A DNA stretch of 63,701 bases, the filler included, from Reclinomonas americana ATCC 50394 (Eukaryota): the NCBI GenBank assembly GCA_048213135.1. It is 15 parts of 15 records of this genome, joined end to end, with 100 filler letters (N's around TTAATTAATTAA, not from the genome) between each part and the next. Parts side by side here need not be neighbours in the genome. Positions count along the whole stretch, not along the records: positions 1 to 4,522 come from AFZH01020176.1; positions 4,623 to 8,371 come from AFZH01020177.1; positions 8,472 to 10,401 come from AFZH01020178.1; positions 10,502 to 31,392 come from AFZH01020180.1; 11 more parts are not named here. One strand, given 5' to 3'. The notes below the pieces were generated by a model. The model saw nothing but the letters and a program-made list of their open reading frames with translations, did not search any database and was not told where the DNA came from. A program made the position numbers and the translations under genes. Numbering within the stretch: position 1 is the stretch's first letter; each line of letters starts with the position of its first letter. Below are positions 1-10,963 of the stretch, one piece after another.

Positions 1-1441
1 ACTGAGGAGCAAGTGGTAGCGATGAGCAACAACTTTGCAAATCGGCTCGGCGGCGTGGATGGACCCAAGGTGGTGTATCGAGGGCGCTGGGCCGGGCGAG
101 ATGTGGCGATGGTCGTGTTTGACCGCGCGCTGCCGTGGTCCATTGAATCGTTCTCTGAGGAGGTTGGGGGAGAAGAGCAGTGGTGGTAGGCTTGTAGAGG
201 TGTCTTGCTGATGGCGCGCGCTTGTTTGAACTTGACAGGTGAAGAAGCTGAAAGCGGTGAGCTGGGCTGTCGCTGGTGTTGTACCGTTGATCGGGTACGC
301 GGAGTTGGCCGTCGGCAAGCGATGCGTTGTGTTTGAGGCCAGGAGGTGCGTTGACAAAGAGGGGTGAGAGAAGAGCAGCGCAGGCAGTCCAGCAACTGCG
401 GTTGCGATAGGTTGGCGAGAAGCGGAGAGAGAAGAGGGGCTGCCGAGCATTGTTGGTGCGAGAGAGACTGTCGCTGCGGTATCAACTCACTTCGCATTGC
501 TTCTGCAGCGGACACAGCCTGGAGCTCGATCTTCCAGCAATGTCCGTGGAGGCCAGGATGGCGTGCATGTTGCGATGTGCCGAGACTTTGGCTGCGCTGC
601 ACCAGTTGCGTGATTCTTCTCCACGATCGGGGTTGTGCGCTTTCCCTTACATTTTGCCGATGATGCAGACTCGTGAGTCAAAGTGTTACGCGCCTTGTGT
701 GCACGCTGTGTACTCACCTGTGATTGTTCATTTTCATGTTTCTGTTGCATTGTGGAATTAGAATGGTATGTGTGGGTTGGTGTGTGGATGTGCTGTCTTT
801 ATTCCTTCGGCTCATCCCCGCACCGCAGTCATCCATGGAAATGTGAATCCGGCCAACATCCTCTTTGATCACAATGGGAAGGCCGTCCTGGTTGGCTGGG
901 GAATGGCACACTGGTTCCGCTCGGAGGGAGTGAGTGGCCGCACTCATGCTGTAATTGTGTATCGAGTTCCTCAAATCCTCTTTTTGATTCTGTGTTTCAG
1001 TCGGTACTTGGTGTCGACCGCAAGTACATGGATCCCAAGGCCATACGTGACCACGCCGTGCTGCTGCGTCCGAGTGCGGACGTGTTCTCTCTCGGCCTCG
1101 TTCTCCTGCACGTGTTCAGCGGGCTCCCGATCACCGAGGTGCATCGACGAGTGTACTCGTTGGAGGAGGTGGAGGAGAGCGGCGATGCGCAGGCCATGCG
1201 CGCTGCAACGGTGCAACTGGCCGACTCGCAGAGCGGTCGCTCGTGGCCGAGTGAAGTGTGCGAGCGCATTGTGCGCCTGGGTGTGAGGTATACTGGAAGT
1301 TGGTGCGCACGAGCTCGTGACCAACAATGCTGACGCCTGCAACATCGCAGATGCGTGGACGGCCGAGCAGTGCGACGCCCGACGGCGCAACAGCTGGCCT
1401 CCGAACTGAGTGACATCGTCCGTGCGGTGGCCGGCTTGTGA
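1..1441 (+). CDS. IRAK/Pelle/RLK-like (TKL) protein kinase domain, probable pseudokinase; multi-exon, 5' truncated
   Basis: Spliced translation gives NNFANRLGG..VVYRGRWAGRDVAMV..FSEE|VKKL, AETLAALHQ, VIHGNVNPANILFD..VLVGWGMAH, KYMDP, SADVFSLGLVLL and RRPTAQQL. These are kinase subdomains I-XI separated by short GT-AG introns. Confidence 0.75.
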
Positions 1442-1696
1442 ATCAAGAGTCAATCGACAGCAACAAAAAAAAAAGCAACATCAACCAGTACAGCTTCATG
1501 CATGCGATGATCATCATCTCACTTGGCATGTGTAAGAGTGTCGAGAGAAGCAACGTATTGATGCATGGTCCGCGAAGCTGGAAGACAACGCGGGGAGATG
1601 AAATTTACCCTCACTTCGCACGTGCACCCTTACGCACGCAGCTGGGTGCACACTTGAAGCGCAGCGGTGCTGAGTGCCAGTGGACGAACTGTGACG

Positions 1697-4522
1697 ATGA
1701 TGATGATGATGGATGAAAGTGTGGGAGTGGACGCGGTCATGCGCAGTGTGGTGCAACGCGTGAGTCGTGAGTTGCTCGAGTTGCGACAGGCGCTCAAGGC
1801 CTGCCCCACCAGCGAGGAGAAGAAGCTCAACTTGTATGACTACTTTCAACGGTGAGTGACTGTGTGTGTGAGAGGGAGAGAGGGAGTGAGAGAGTGTGTG
1901 TGTTCTCATGGATTCATGCAGATGCAAGGCGCTCTTTTCGCGTGTGTTGGCCATTGTGCGGTGTCGCACGCAGTCGCAGTTGCAGCTGTCGAAGGTATGA
2001 GTGTGTGCGTGTGTGTGAGACAAGGTCTTGTTGTCATTTGACGTGTGCTGGTGCGTTTGCAGGATGTGTTGCAACGCTCGCAAGTGGGCATCTCGAGCTT
2101 TGAGAATGCCGCCGACTTGTTGTGGCGCATTGGGCAGACGACTGTGCGGAACAGGTCAGCGCGGAGAGGGAGAGAGAGAGGAGAGAGAGAAAGGAAGAGA
2201 AAAGAGAGAGAGAGAGAGAGAACGTCAGAGACAAGCGTGGCAGGCCACGCGAGAGCGACGAGGGGAAGCTCACTGCTCTTCCTGCACAGGGTGCCGCCCA
2301 TTGAGATCGAGGGCGCGGCTGAGATCCTCGGCGCCAAACGATACACGCAAATGGCGTATGCGATTGAGGTATGGCGTGCCCTCCACTCGTCTTTCATTGT
2401 CATGATTGCTCACTTCACTTCTTCACGCTCCCAGTGCTTTGTGCGACCGGAGCGAGCGACACCGAGTGAGAAGGAGGAGGCGCGGAGACAGCTCACGGCG
2501 GATATTGGCGTCAAGTTGCGCTCGATTCCCGGCATTCATCGCTACGACATTGTCGAGATTGGTTCGTTGTCCGTGTGCTATACTGGTGAAGTGGCCTGTT
2601 TGGAGTGACACTGGAGATTTCACAGCCGACGGCCAAGCTGTGCTCGGCGTGTCAGACGAGTTCCAGGTGACGCTGACATTGGCGGAGGGCCCGGTGCAGT
2701 GGAAGTGGCGCCTGCTGGACTTGCGCTTCTTGCTTCGTGCCGCTGGTCATGCAGGTATTTGACAGTGTCATACACGCACGCGCTTGCTGTTGTACCTTGT
2801 ACGTTGCTGAACATGGCATGCAGACCCGACCATTGGCGACGTGGAGCGCATTATTCGATTGTTGCATGCGCGCATTCGCACACTGCCCGAGGCCTGCATC
2901 CTGGACGACATTTACGGCCTCTGTCGTTTCGTGAACAGGTTGACTTTGATTTTCTACGCTGCTGTGCACTCATCTCTCTCCGCGCAGACTCGTTTTGTGC
3001 GCGCTCGGCGTTCGAGGTATTGCGTGAGCAGGCCGAGGAGCTGGAGCGGTCGGCACTCATTTCGGGATTCCGCACTCGCGTGGCTCAGACGGAGCTGACG
3101 GTGGCCTACTGGGGGTGAGAAGCACACGCTCGTTGCATTTACTGCGCGTGGGAAGACACTCACGATTCCGCCAGCAATGCACCCAACCCGCAACGAGCCA
3201 TCGATTCACGAAGTCAGAAAATCGGTACGTACTCTGTCGCCCTGATTCACAATGTCTCTCTCCTCACGCTGCTTGCATTGCACAGCGCCATCGTGCCAAA
3301 TGTTGATTAGTCTGCGGCCGCTCAAGTGGATCCCGGCTCAGGCTGTGCCCGCCAGTTTCCAGGTCAAACTGTACGACGTGGTCATTTCGCACAGTCCGAC
3401 GCTGCGCAATCGTGAGGGAGCTCCGATCACGGCCTCGGTGGTGCGCACGCCTTCAGCACCTCCAACACCTTTCTTTTCCTATTCTCCTCCTGCTCACCGT
3501 CGTCGACAGCAATACTCGGCACTCGGCTTCCTGTCGGTGGTGCGTCGTTGCATGCAGCAAATGGCCTGTGCACGATTGACGGTGCTCGGCCGCTCGTTGT
3601 GGGAGCGACAGCCGCGCTACGACGTGTCAGTGGAACAGGGTCTGTGTTTAGCGCCTCCGTCGTGACTGCCCCTCGCTCGCACCGTGCTCACCGACCTGTG
3701 CGCCACAGACGCCGACGAGGAGTACTATTTGGACGTGGCACTGCCGTTGCAGTTTGTGTTGCGCGTCACAGTGGACTGGAAGTCGGGTCAGTTCCGACTG
3801 CGGTTATTCGGACACTCGCTCGACTCTAGCATTCTACGTGCGTCCCGTGTCGCGCACGGAAGAGAGGGAGAGAGGGAGAGAGCGAGATCAGGAAACCCAC
3901 TTTTGCCAATGCAGGGTGGCTGTCGCGGTTGGAGAGCGATCTCAACTCAGACATGGTCGGCTTCACGTCGACGGTGGACGACATTGTGGCACGAGTTCCG
4001 TGTGTCTTCGCAGAGCTGTGCTGCAACGAGAGTATTCACCCTTGGCGCAGTGTGTCATGGAGCTGTGTGGACACGAAGCCATTCGAGCCGGATTCGTCAC
4101 TTTTACCGACCTGACGCAGTCGTTTGTGTTGGATGGTTCGGCCTCTGTGTCAATCGCCACTTGGCCTCCTCTTACACGTTGAGTGTCGTGCAGGTGACCT
4201 GTACGAGTTCTCCACGCCGGCTCTCTGCTTGTCGTCCCCACGTCTGCGCAACTCGATTCTGATGATCACGTGCGAGCGCGGTGCCGACATGTACACGTAC
4301 GAACTGGTGCTGCAGAATGTGCTGACCACGTGCGTGCCTCCGCGAGCTCCCGCACCACGAAGAGGTGTGCGCGCTTATCCATCTCGCACAGGTTGCTTCC
4401 CGAGGGCACAACGGGTGTGGTGTCGCTCCTGTCGCCGAGTGTGACCGGAAAGAAACGATCGCTGCTCGTTCGCATCGACCAGGAGAGAATCCTCACGTGC
4501 GTCACTGCTTGCCCACCAGCTC
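1697..4522 (+). CDS. MED14: Mediator complex subunit 14 (MED14/RGR1), N-terminal part; multi-exon, runs off contig
   Basis: Exons encode EEKKLNLYDYFQR, PPIEIEGAAEILGAKRY, EKEEARRQL, DGQAVLGVSDEFQVTLTL...WRLLDLRFLL and LDDIYGLCRF..FEVLREQAEEL. Order and content match my recollection of the MED14 N-terminal domain (EFEATLT...WRLL..LEVLHSQ). Confidence 0.75.
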
Positions 4523-4622
4523 NNNNNNNNNNNNNNNNNNNNNNNNNNNNNNNNNNNNNNNNNNNNTTAATTAATTAANNNNNNNNNNNNNNNNNNNNNN
4601 NNNNNNNNNNNNNNNNNNNNNN
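4523..4622. other. Artificial contig linker, the first of 14 identical 100-nt linkers (others start at 8372, 10402, 31393, 36502, 38475, 42471, 46412, 51590, 53365, 54516, 58999, 61222, 62416)
   Basis: Identical N-run + TTAATTAATTAA (stops in all six frames) + N-run spacer each time. Confidence 0.98.
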
Positions 4623-7432
4623 TCCAACGTGAGTATTTTTTCGCTCACCGTACCAAGCGCAGCATCGATGCGGCAGTGGTGGCACACCACCCCGACGCAT
4701 GGCGGCCCCTCAGCTCCCACTTTGAGGCCTGGAAGTTGCGTGCATGTTCATCCACTCTTGAGTCGTCTGTGAGCTGCTCGCTGACATTGCGCTGGTGGGC
4801 AGGCGACAAATGGCAATTTTCAGTCTGCACGCACAGTTGCAGGATGCAGGAATGTTCTTTGTGCCGCGTGGTGATGGAGCGCTGGTGACCCTTGCTCCGG
4901 ACCTGGCCAAGCTGTCACGACCGGTTTGTGTTTCTTCAAGATGTGAAATCGCGCTCGGGTATCTTAATTTTTGGGTGACGGCAGTCCATGCGCACCATAT
5001 GCGGCTCACCACACTCGTGCGAGCTGCGCATCGTGTCGGATGCGCTCGACTGGGAGGTCAGTGTTGTCCAAGTCCACCGTGCGGAGCGTGTTTTCTGACT
5101 CGTTGGTTGCAGTTTGATGTGGTGCAACACGTGGCCGATGTCTCGGTCCTGTCGACCACCCAGCCCGAGTTCTCGTTTGGTGGTTCGCACTTCTCGCTGA
5201 TTGTGGAGTTGGCGGGTATTGCCCTTCGTGTGACTGAGTGATGTGCGCTCTGCAGGGTGTCGAATCAAGATCGTGGATCCCGGCAGCAAGTTGCGCAGCA
5301 AGCGTCTCATCGGTCGCGGCTCCAACTTTGGAGACACAACCATCGACAATGTGTTTGTGGAGTTGTGGAGAAGCTTCGAGGAGGTGCTGGCCGCCTGCGT
5401 CTCCCTTCAGATAGGTACGCAAAACAGCTCGCATTCTCGCATCGTGTAATTTAGTCTCATTCCTGTCTGCAGCCGTCGCGGAGTACCCGCTGCATCACCT
5501 GGCCGTCGGTCCCGGCAGCATCTTGGTGGAGCTAGTCGACATGGTGTCGATGCACCTCGTACTCAAGCCGGTCTGTTGCTTACCCGGACGTTGTGATTGT
5601 CGGTGCAGCCTCTCAGCTCTCTTGCTATTGTCTTGTTGTCTCCAGCAACAAGACACGGTGCCGACGCGCACCATCACTGTGGCCTACAGCACCAAGCGGA
5701 GAGCGTTCACCGTGAACGGCTTCCAGTTCGGCGAGACGGAGCAGTCGATATTGCCGGAGGTGGTCCAGGCGGATCCGGTGGCCTTTATCAAGGTGTGTAC
5801 TGTGCAGACAACGGCATGACTGTCGTTGTTTCCTGACGCTGCATCGTGTGGCAGGTGGTTGAGCAAATGTTCTTTGTGGAGGTACTGTACGAGTTGACCA
5901 GCAAGGCGCGCCCACCGCCCGCCTTGAAGTCGCACCCGGCGGCCAAGCGCATCGAGCGCCTGACCACTGGTCCATGGCAAGTGTCGCTCTCGCCCCAGTC
6001 GGAGACCTTTGAGATTCGCATGGTGTACCGCGACTATCCCCGCTGGTGAGACGCTCCCCGCTCCATGTGTTTTGCACTCGCCCGCCGTTCGCCACCTTCT
6101 CATCACGTCTGCAGCTCGGTGCGCATACACTTGGGCTGCGAGGGATCACTCGACATTGAGGAGATGGGTGAGTGCGAAGGGGCGAGTGAAGGAGAAAGGG
6201 AAAAGAGCTTCTCCTTTCTCACATGGGCGAACAGAGGGCGAGACGTCACAGCGATCGTGCAAGTGGACGCTCGAAAGCGTGTTGCACTACTTTGCGAGCG
6301 ACTTGGAGCCGCGGCTGATTGCCAAGTGTGTGGTGGAGATCGGGCAGAGTGTTGCGTTGTGTCCATTCTACGCCGGCACTTGTGGACTGCCGGCTCACGA
6401 AACCATGTAGCTTCCGTCGTGGCGACTGGCCTCACCAAACACCTACATGGCCAAGTCGGCGGTGGATTCGGAGCTGCAATTTGACGTGCGAGGCGGGCGA
6501 GTCGTTGCACGTATTGTGGAAAGTTGAGTCTCGTGTCTCTGTCAGTAGCGCTCTCTCTCTCTTACTTACACTGCCTTCAACTCGCTAGCGTTGTACGAGG
6601 AGACGTTGGACGTGGTGAATGCGTTCAATCGAAAGGCACGATCGTCTCTTGTCGTGTGTGTGTATGTGTGTGTGCTGGAGCTCATTCTTCTCTCATGCAT
6701 CGCAGATGGATGAGCCGTGGGTTCGCGAACCGCTGCAGCCGTTCCGTACGTTGCTCGCCATGCTAGCTCTCGACTTCAACTCGTTGCAGTCGGTGGTGGA
6801 CATTTTGCGCCTGTCCAAGGTGTGGCTCACCTGTGTCATGAGGCAGCATGATTTGAGTTTCTCACCAAGCTTGGTGACTGCAGCCGTGCCCGACGTTCTA
6901 CGACCAGTCACCCGAGGCGCGCTGTGGTCTGCAATTCCTGTGGGAGCACGAAAAGTGTCGCAAATTCCGCCTCAGCTCACCGTTCCAGCGCTCGAGTGCA
7001 CCCAACACGCACATTATGCTGGTGCGAGCGTGCGTCTCGCCCTCCTTTACCTCACTCTCTCGACTGACATCGCCACTAGATCCGCTTCTGGCGGAGTTTC
7101 CCTGCACCACCAGCAGGCTCCGTGGCGCGTCGCCCCGAGCCACTGAACGTGGTCATGGCGTTGAATGTGAACCTGTCGCCGGACTCGTTCTCACTGCATG
7201 TGCCCGACGCCTCCGCGCTCGACGACATTGCATTCTCCAGCGAGGTAATTCGCCGATCCACGCATCGCACTGCACACAGCCACCGTTTCCTCACATCCGC
7301 GCAACAACACAGGCGGCCGCCGCACACGCAGGACTCCTACCAACAGCCGAGCTGCGACACAAACTATTCCAGTTTGTACAAGGCAAGTTCAATACAATGA
7401 TCTCGCCGCCGCCCGCTGTGTTGCCGTTCTAA
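4623..7432 (+). CDS. Multi-exon gene, C-terminal part; possibly the continuation of MED14
   Basis: Many short GT-AG introns, same strand as MED14 on the preceding contig, ending ...FVQGKFNTMISPPPAVLPF*. No diagnostic motif recognised. Confidence 0.45.
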
Positions 7433-7587
7433 CTGTGCACGAACGCAGACGATGTGAACCGCAAAGCCAATGTCTCACGTCAGTCCGTTGGCGACTACCT
7501 GCAACGCGCACTGGTCAAGTGGGTCTCGCTGTGCGGCATTGCCCACAACCCATCAAGCGAATGAACGAATGAAACCATACCATACAA

Positions 7588-8371
7588 TCACACAACAAGA
7601 ATGTTCTTCATGCGAGCAGCAGCTGCCGATGCGCTGCAGATCATTGTGTCTGTGGCCGCAGGTGGCTGGTGCTTCTCTCTGTGCGCCTCCTCCATGGGCG
7701 ACACGGGTCCAGTGGCGGCCTTTATCGCCACCGCCTTTGCACTTGCGCTCTTTGCGGCGATTGGCGCCACACGACGCCTGTCGATCTTTTGCTCCACTGT
7801 CACACCTGTGGTGCAGAGGTTATGGTTGGTGCGCCATGGACTCTCACAGGGTGAGTCCGCGCATGAGTGTGTGTGAGAGAGAGAAAGAGCACAGACAGGG
7901 CGCTGATTTGTGTGATCAGCGAATGTGGACCCGGCGTTGTATGAGCAGCAGCCTGATAATGTGATTGCACTGGCCCCGGAAGGTGCGAGGAAGACACAGA
8001 GAGAGAGGAGAGCAGTCGCTCAGTGACTGAGTGTGTGTGTGTGCAGGCGAGCACATGGCAGTGGAGGTCGGCAAGTTCCTCGCCTCGCAGCTGCAGACGC
8101 TCAAGGGTGCGCCACAGTGGACTGCAGTGTGAACAAGCTGCACGCGTGCTCACTCTGTCTGTTTGTCTGTCTGTCTGTGAGCAGCTCAGGGAGCGCTGCA
8201 AGGTCGCGTTCGGATCTGGCACTCATCGTTTCGTCGAGCGCGCGATACTGCGTTGCTGATTCAGCGCGAGTGCACCGACTTTGTGCCGAGTGTGGAGGAG
8301 GATGTGCACGAGCATCCGCTGCTGGTGGAGCAGGACTTTGGGGTGCTGGAGGGGAGAGGGTTTGAGACATT
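7588..8371 (-). CDS. Hypothetical eukaryotic gene, 3' exons, convergent with the upstream gene
   Basis: Minus-strand GT..CAG intron-like segments and open frames (e.g. 7588-7803). No recognised domain. Confidence 0.3.
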
Positions 8372-8919
8372 NNNNNNNNNNNNNNNNNNNNNNNNNNNNN
8401 NNNNNNNNNNNNNNNTTAATTAATTAANNNNNNNNNNNNNNNNNNNNNNNNNNNNNNNNNNNNNNNNNNNNATGTCCTCACTGCGGGGGGGTCGGGGGCG
8501 CAGCTACGAGCGTTCCGCATGATGTGGTGCCATCACTCTATAGACTGGATGGAGAAGTCGGAGAACCCGGTTCGTCAGGCTCTCTCCTCTTGCGTGCCGC
8601 ACACCCCTGTTCACGTCCTCGCGTACACAGCCCAACTGCTCGGCGACGTACATTGAGCGGGAGCAGTCGGCGGAGCGCGATTACCTGCATCCAGGGTTCC
8701 AGCCGCGGTACATTGATCGCGGCTACGTGTTCCCCGGCTTCACACGTGACCACAAGATGACGCTGCAGGCGGACGGCAGCCTCAGCAGCCCGAGCGACAG
8801 AAGTCCACTCGGTACGCCCCATCAGAGTGCCGTCGATCGCACCGTATGCAACGCGGCCACCCGCTAGAGTCGTCAAAAATTGTTGTGTAGTATTCTTTAA
8901 TGTGCTTCTAAGATCCCGC

Positions 8920-10270
8920 TTACAACACGATGGCACTCAGCACGCCATACGTGAATAGTGGCACGGCAAGGTTGTCGTTCATGCGGCAAAAGGCCTCGAA
9001 TGCCGCCGATGCCAGTGCGACAAGGAAGACGCCAAAGTATTGCCACTGACGGGAGAGAATGAGCGCACGCACGCACACTGCTGAACTGGATGCACACGGA
9101 GGAGGGTACGTACCGGATCGAGACCGCTGTCGGAGAGCAGCTCGACGAAAAAGTAGCCCCAGATGGTGGTCACCACCATGGCAAAGCTGCCCTCGATGGT
9201 CTTGTTGAGGCCCCACGGTGTACGACCGCGATACTTGCCGAATGCAGCCGCCTACATGTGGACGCGCAAATGAGGAGTGCGACGAGTAAAGTAGGAGCAG
9301 AAGCAGGCGACAACACACCGCAGCATCACCGAGTCCCACACTGATGACACCAGTGGCGGCGGCGGCGATCGACTCGGGTGCCGACGAGTGCTCGATCCAC
9401 ACCGGAATGGCACAGCCGACGAGCAGATAGATGGGCGTAACTGGGTGAAGGGTGAGAACCGTGCACGAGAGATCGTGTGAACAAAACGACGCACCTGCAA
9501 TGCCCGCCGTGTCGCGTGCATCCATGAATGGCGTGAGCAGACGGTTCAGCAAGGGCGAGAAACCCGGCAACGAGGAGACGCGCACTAATTCCTCGGCGAC
9601 AAACAGCACGGCGGCCAGCGCAAAGCACGTGGCGAGGAACCACCGCTGTATGCAAGAAAAGTAGTGAGTGCCGATCCATTGCATGCACACAGCGACTGCA
9701 TGTGCGCCGCACGCAACATGTTGCGGCAAGGAGCGGCACAGCACCGGCAGAAACATAAACACCGCCATGAGATGGAAAATCTTGCGCACGACGAGCAGCG
9801 GCAGCCGTCGTCGCATCAGCCACACAAACAGCGAGAGTGTGACAAACACGGCGATCCACAATCCCACCGTCCTCCGGTGCTCCACCGTGCTCCACAGCGC
9901 CTCCCACACGCCGCCCAACCACAGATCCGGCCGCCGCGCAAACTCACTGTGCGTCGCCGACACCACCACCTGCCCGAGTCCACTGGCAACCACAAACGCC
10001 TCTCCGTTGCAAAACGACGCGCGCATCACCGGCCACCAGCGCAGTAGCACATACACCACGCCACACACAGCCAGTCCCGGCCACAGTGTGGACGCAAAGC
10101 CCTTGGCCACCGGCACCCACGCCACAATCGAGCTCAGCAGCGCCACCAAACACGAGGCCCACATGACTGCAATCGGTCGCGTCCCAGATCCATCCGTCCA
10201 CAGTCGCCACATCAGGTACACCGCCGCAGAGATCACCGACACGCCGAGTGCAAGATACACTGCAGTCGTA
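8920..10270 (-). CDS. DOLK: Dolichol kinase (CTP-dependent polyprenol kinase), multi-exon membrane protein, probably 5' truncated
   Basis: Motifs RKIFHL, D-x-RD..G, TPIYLLVGCAIPVW, GVISVGLGDAA, (other frame) KTIEGS and EAF..NDNLAVPL, plus many hydrophobic helices. Confidence 0.88.
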
Positions 10271-10501
10271 ATGGGGAAGGGACAGCATTCTCAGCTCCTG
10301 CTGCTCCGATCTTTCTTCTCTGCCTCTCATCCCCTATCCCTCACACTGCCTTGCATACTGTCTCTACTGCTCCCTGCACTCTGATCCCTCTCTCTCTCTC
10401 TNNNNNNNNNNNNNNNNNNNNNNNNNNNNNNNNNNNNNNNNNNNNTTAATTAATTAANNNNNNNNNNNNNNNNNNNNNNNNNNNNNNNNNNNNNNNNNNN
10501 N

Positions 10502-10885
10502 TACCTGATGAATGCGGCCGGGACTTGGCGGTTGGCGCCCGCCGACGACCTGACCTATTCCGTCGGGCTCGGCGGCGAGCACTATCTGGACGTCGAAGGT
10601 GAGAGGCGACGGCCGACTCGGCCCCAGGTTCGGGCTTTGGGCAAGCGCCATGGCTTGGATAAGACTGCGGTCGACCAGGTCGTCGAAGAGGTCGCATCCG
10701 CCCTTGCGGCTTGGCCTGACTTCGCCGACGACGCCGGCGTTAGTCGGGCGTCCAAAGCCGATATCGCCCTGGCCCACGACGCCGTCGCCGAGAGCTTCTT
10801 CGCCGTGCAACACGTCTCCAGTCATGGGCGCACCTGGCGCGGCTCTGACCTAATGCGGACGGACGCTTCAAATAGCGCGCTGTAG
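10502..10885 (+). pseudogene. hipA: hipA-family Ser/Thr kinase toxin, C-terminal fragment (contig starts inside it)
   Basis: YLMNAAGTWRLAPADDLTYSVG..GEHYL matches the HipA C-terminal W-x-LAPAYDL motif (Y replaced by D), followed by the typical helical tail. Confidence 0.8.
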
Positions 10886-10912
10886 GGCGACGGGCCCGTC
10901 GTCTTTGATTTC
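10886..10912 (+). terminator. Possible intrinsic terminator hairpin between the convergent hipA fragment and the giant gene
   Basis: GGCGACGG-GC-CCGTCGTC inverted repeat followed by TTTGATTTCT. Confidence 0.45.
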
Positions 10913-10963
10913 TACGCTTCTAGACGGCGCCTGAAGGTTTGCAGCCCAGTGTTTTTCCACTGC

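Noticed and set aside
4523..4622. Recurring TTAATTAATTAA palindrome flanked by Ns, resembling a regular repeat array
   Set aside because: Identical artificial contig-joining linker; ORFs ending in XXXX-LIN are artifacts of it.
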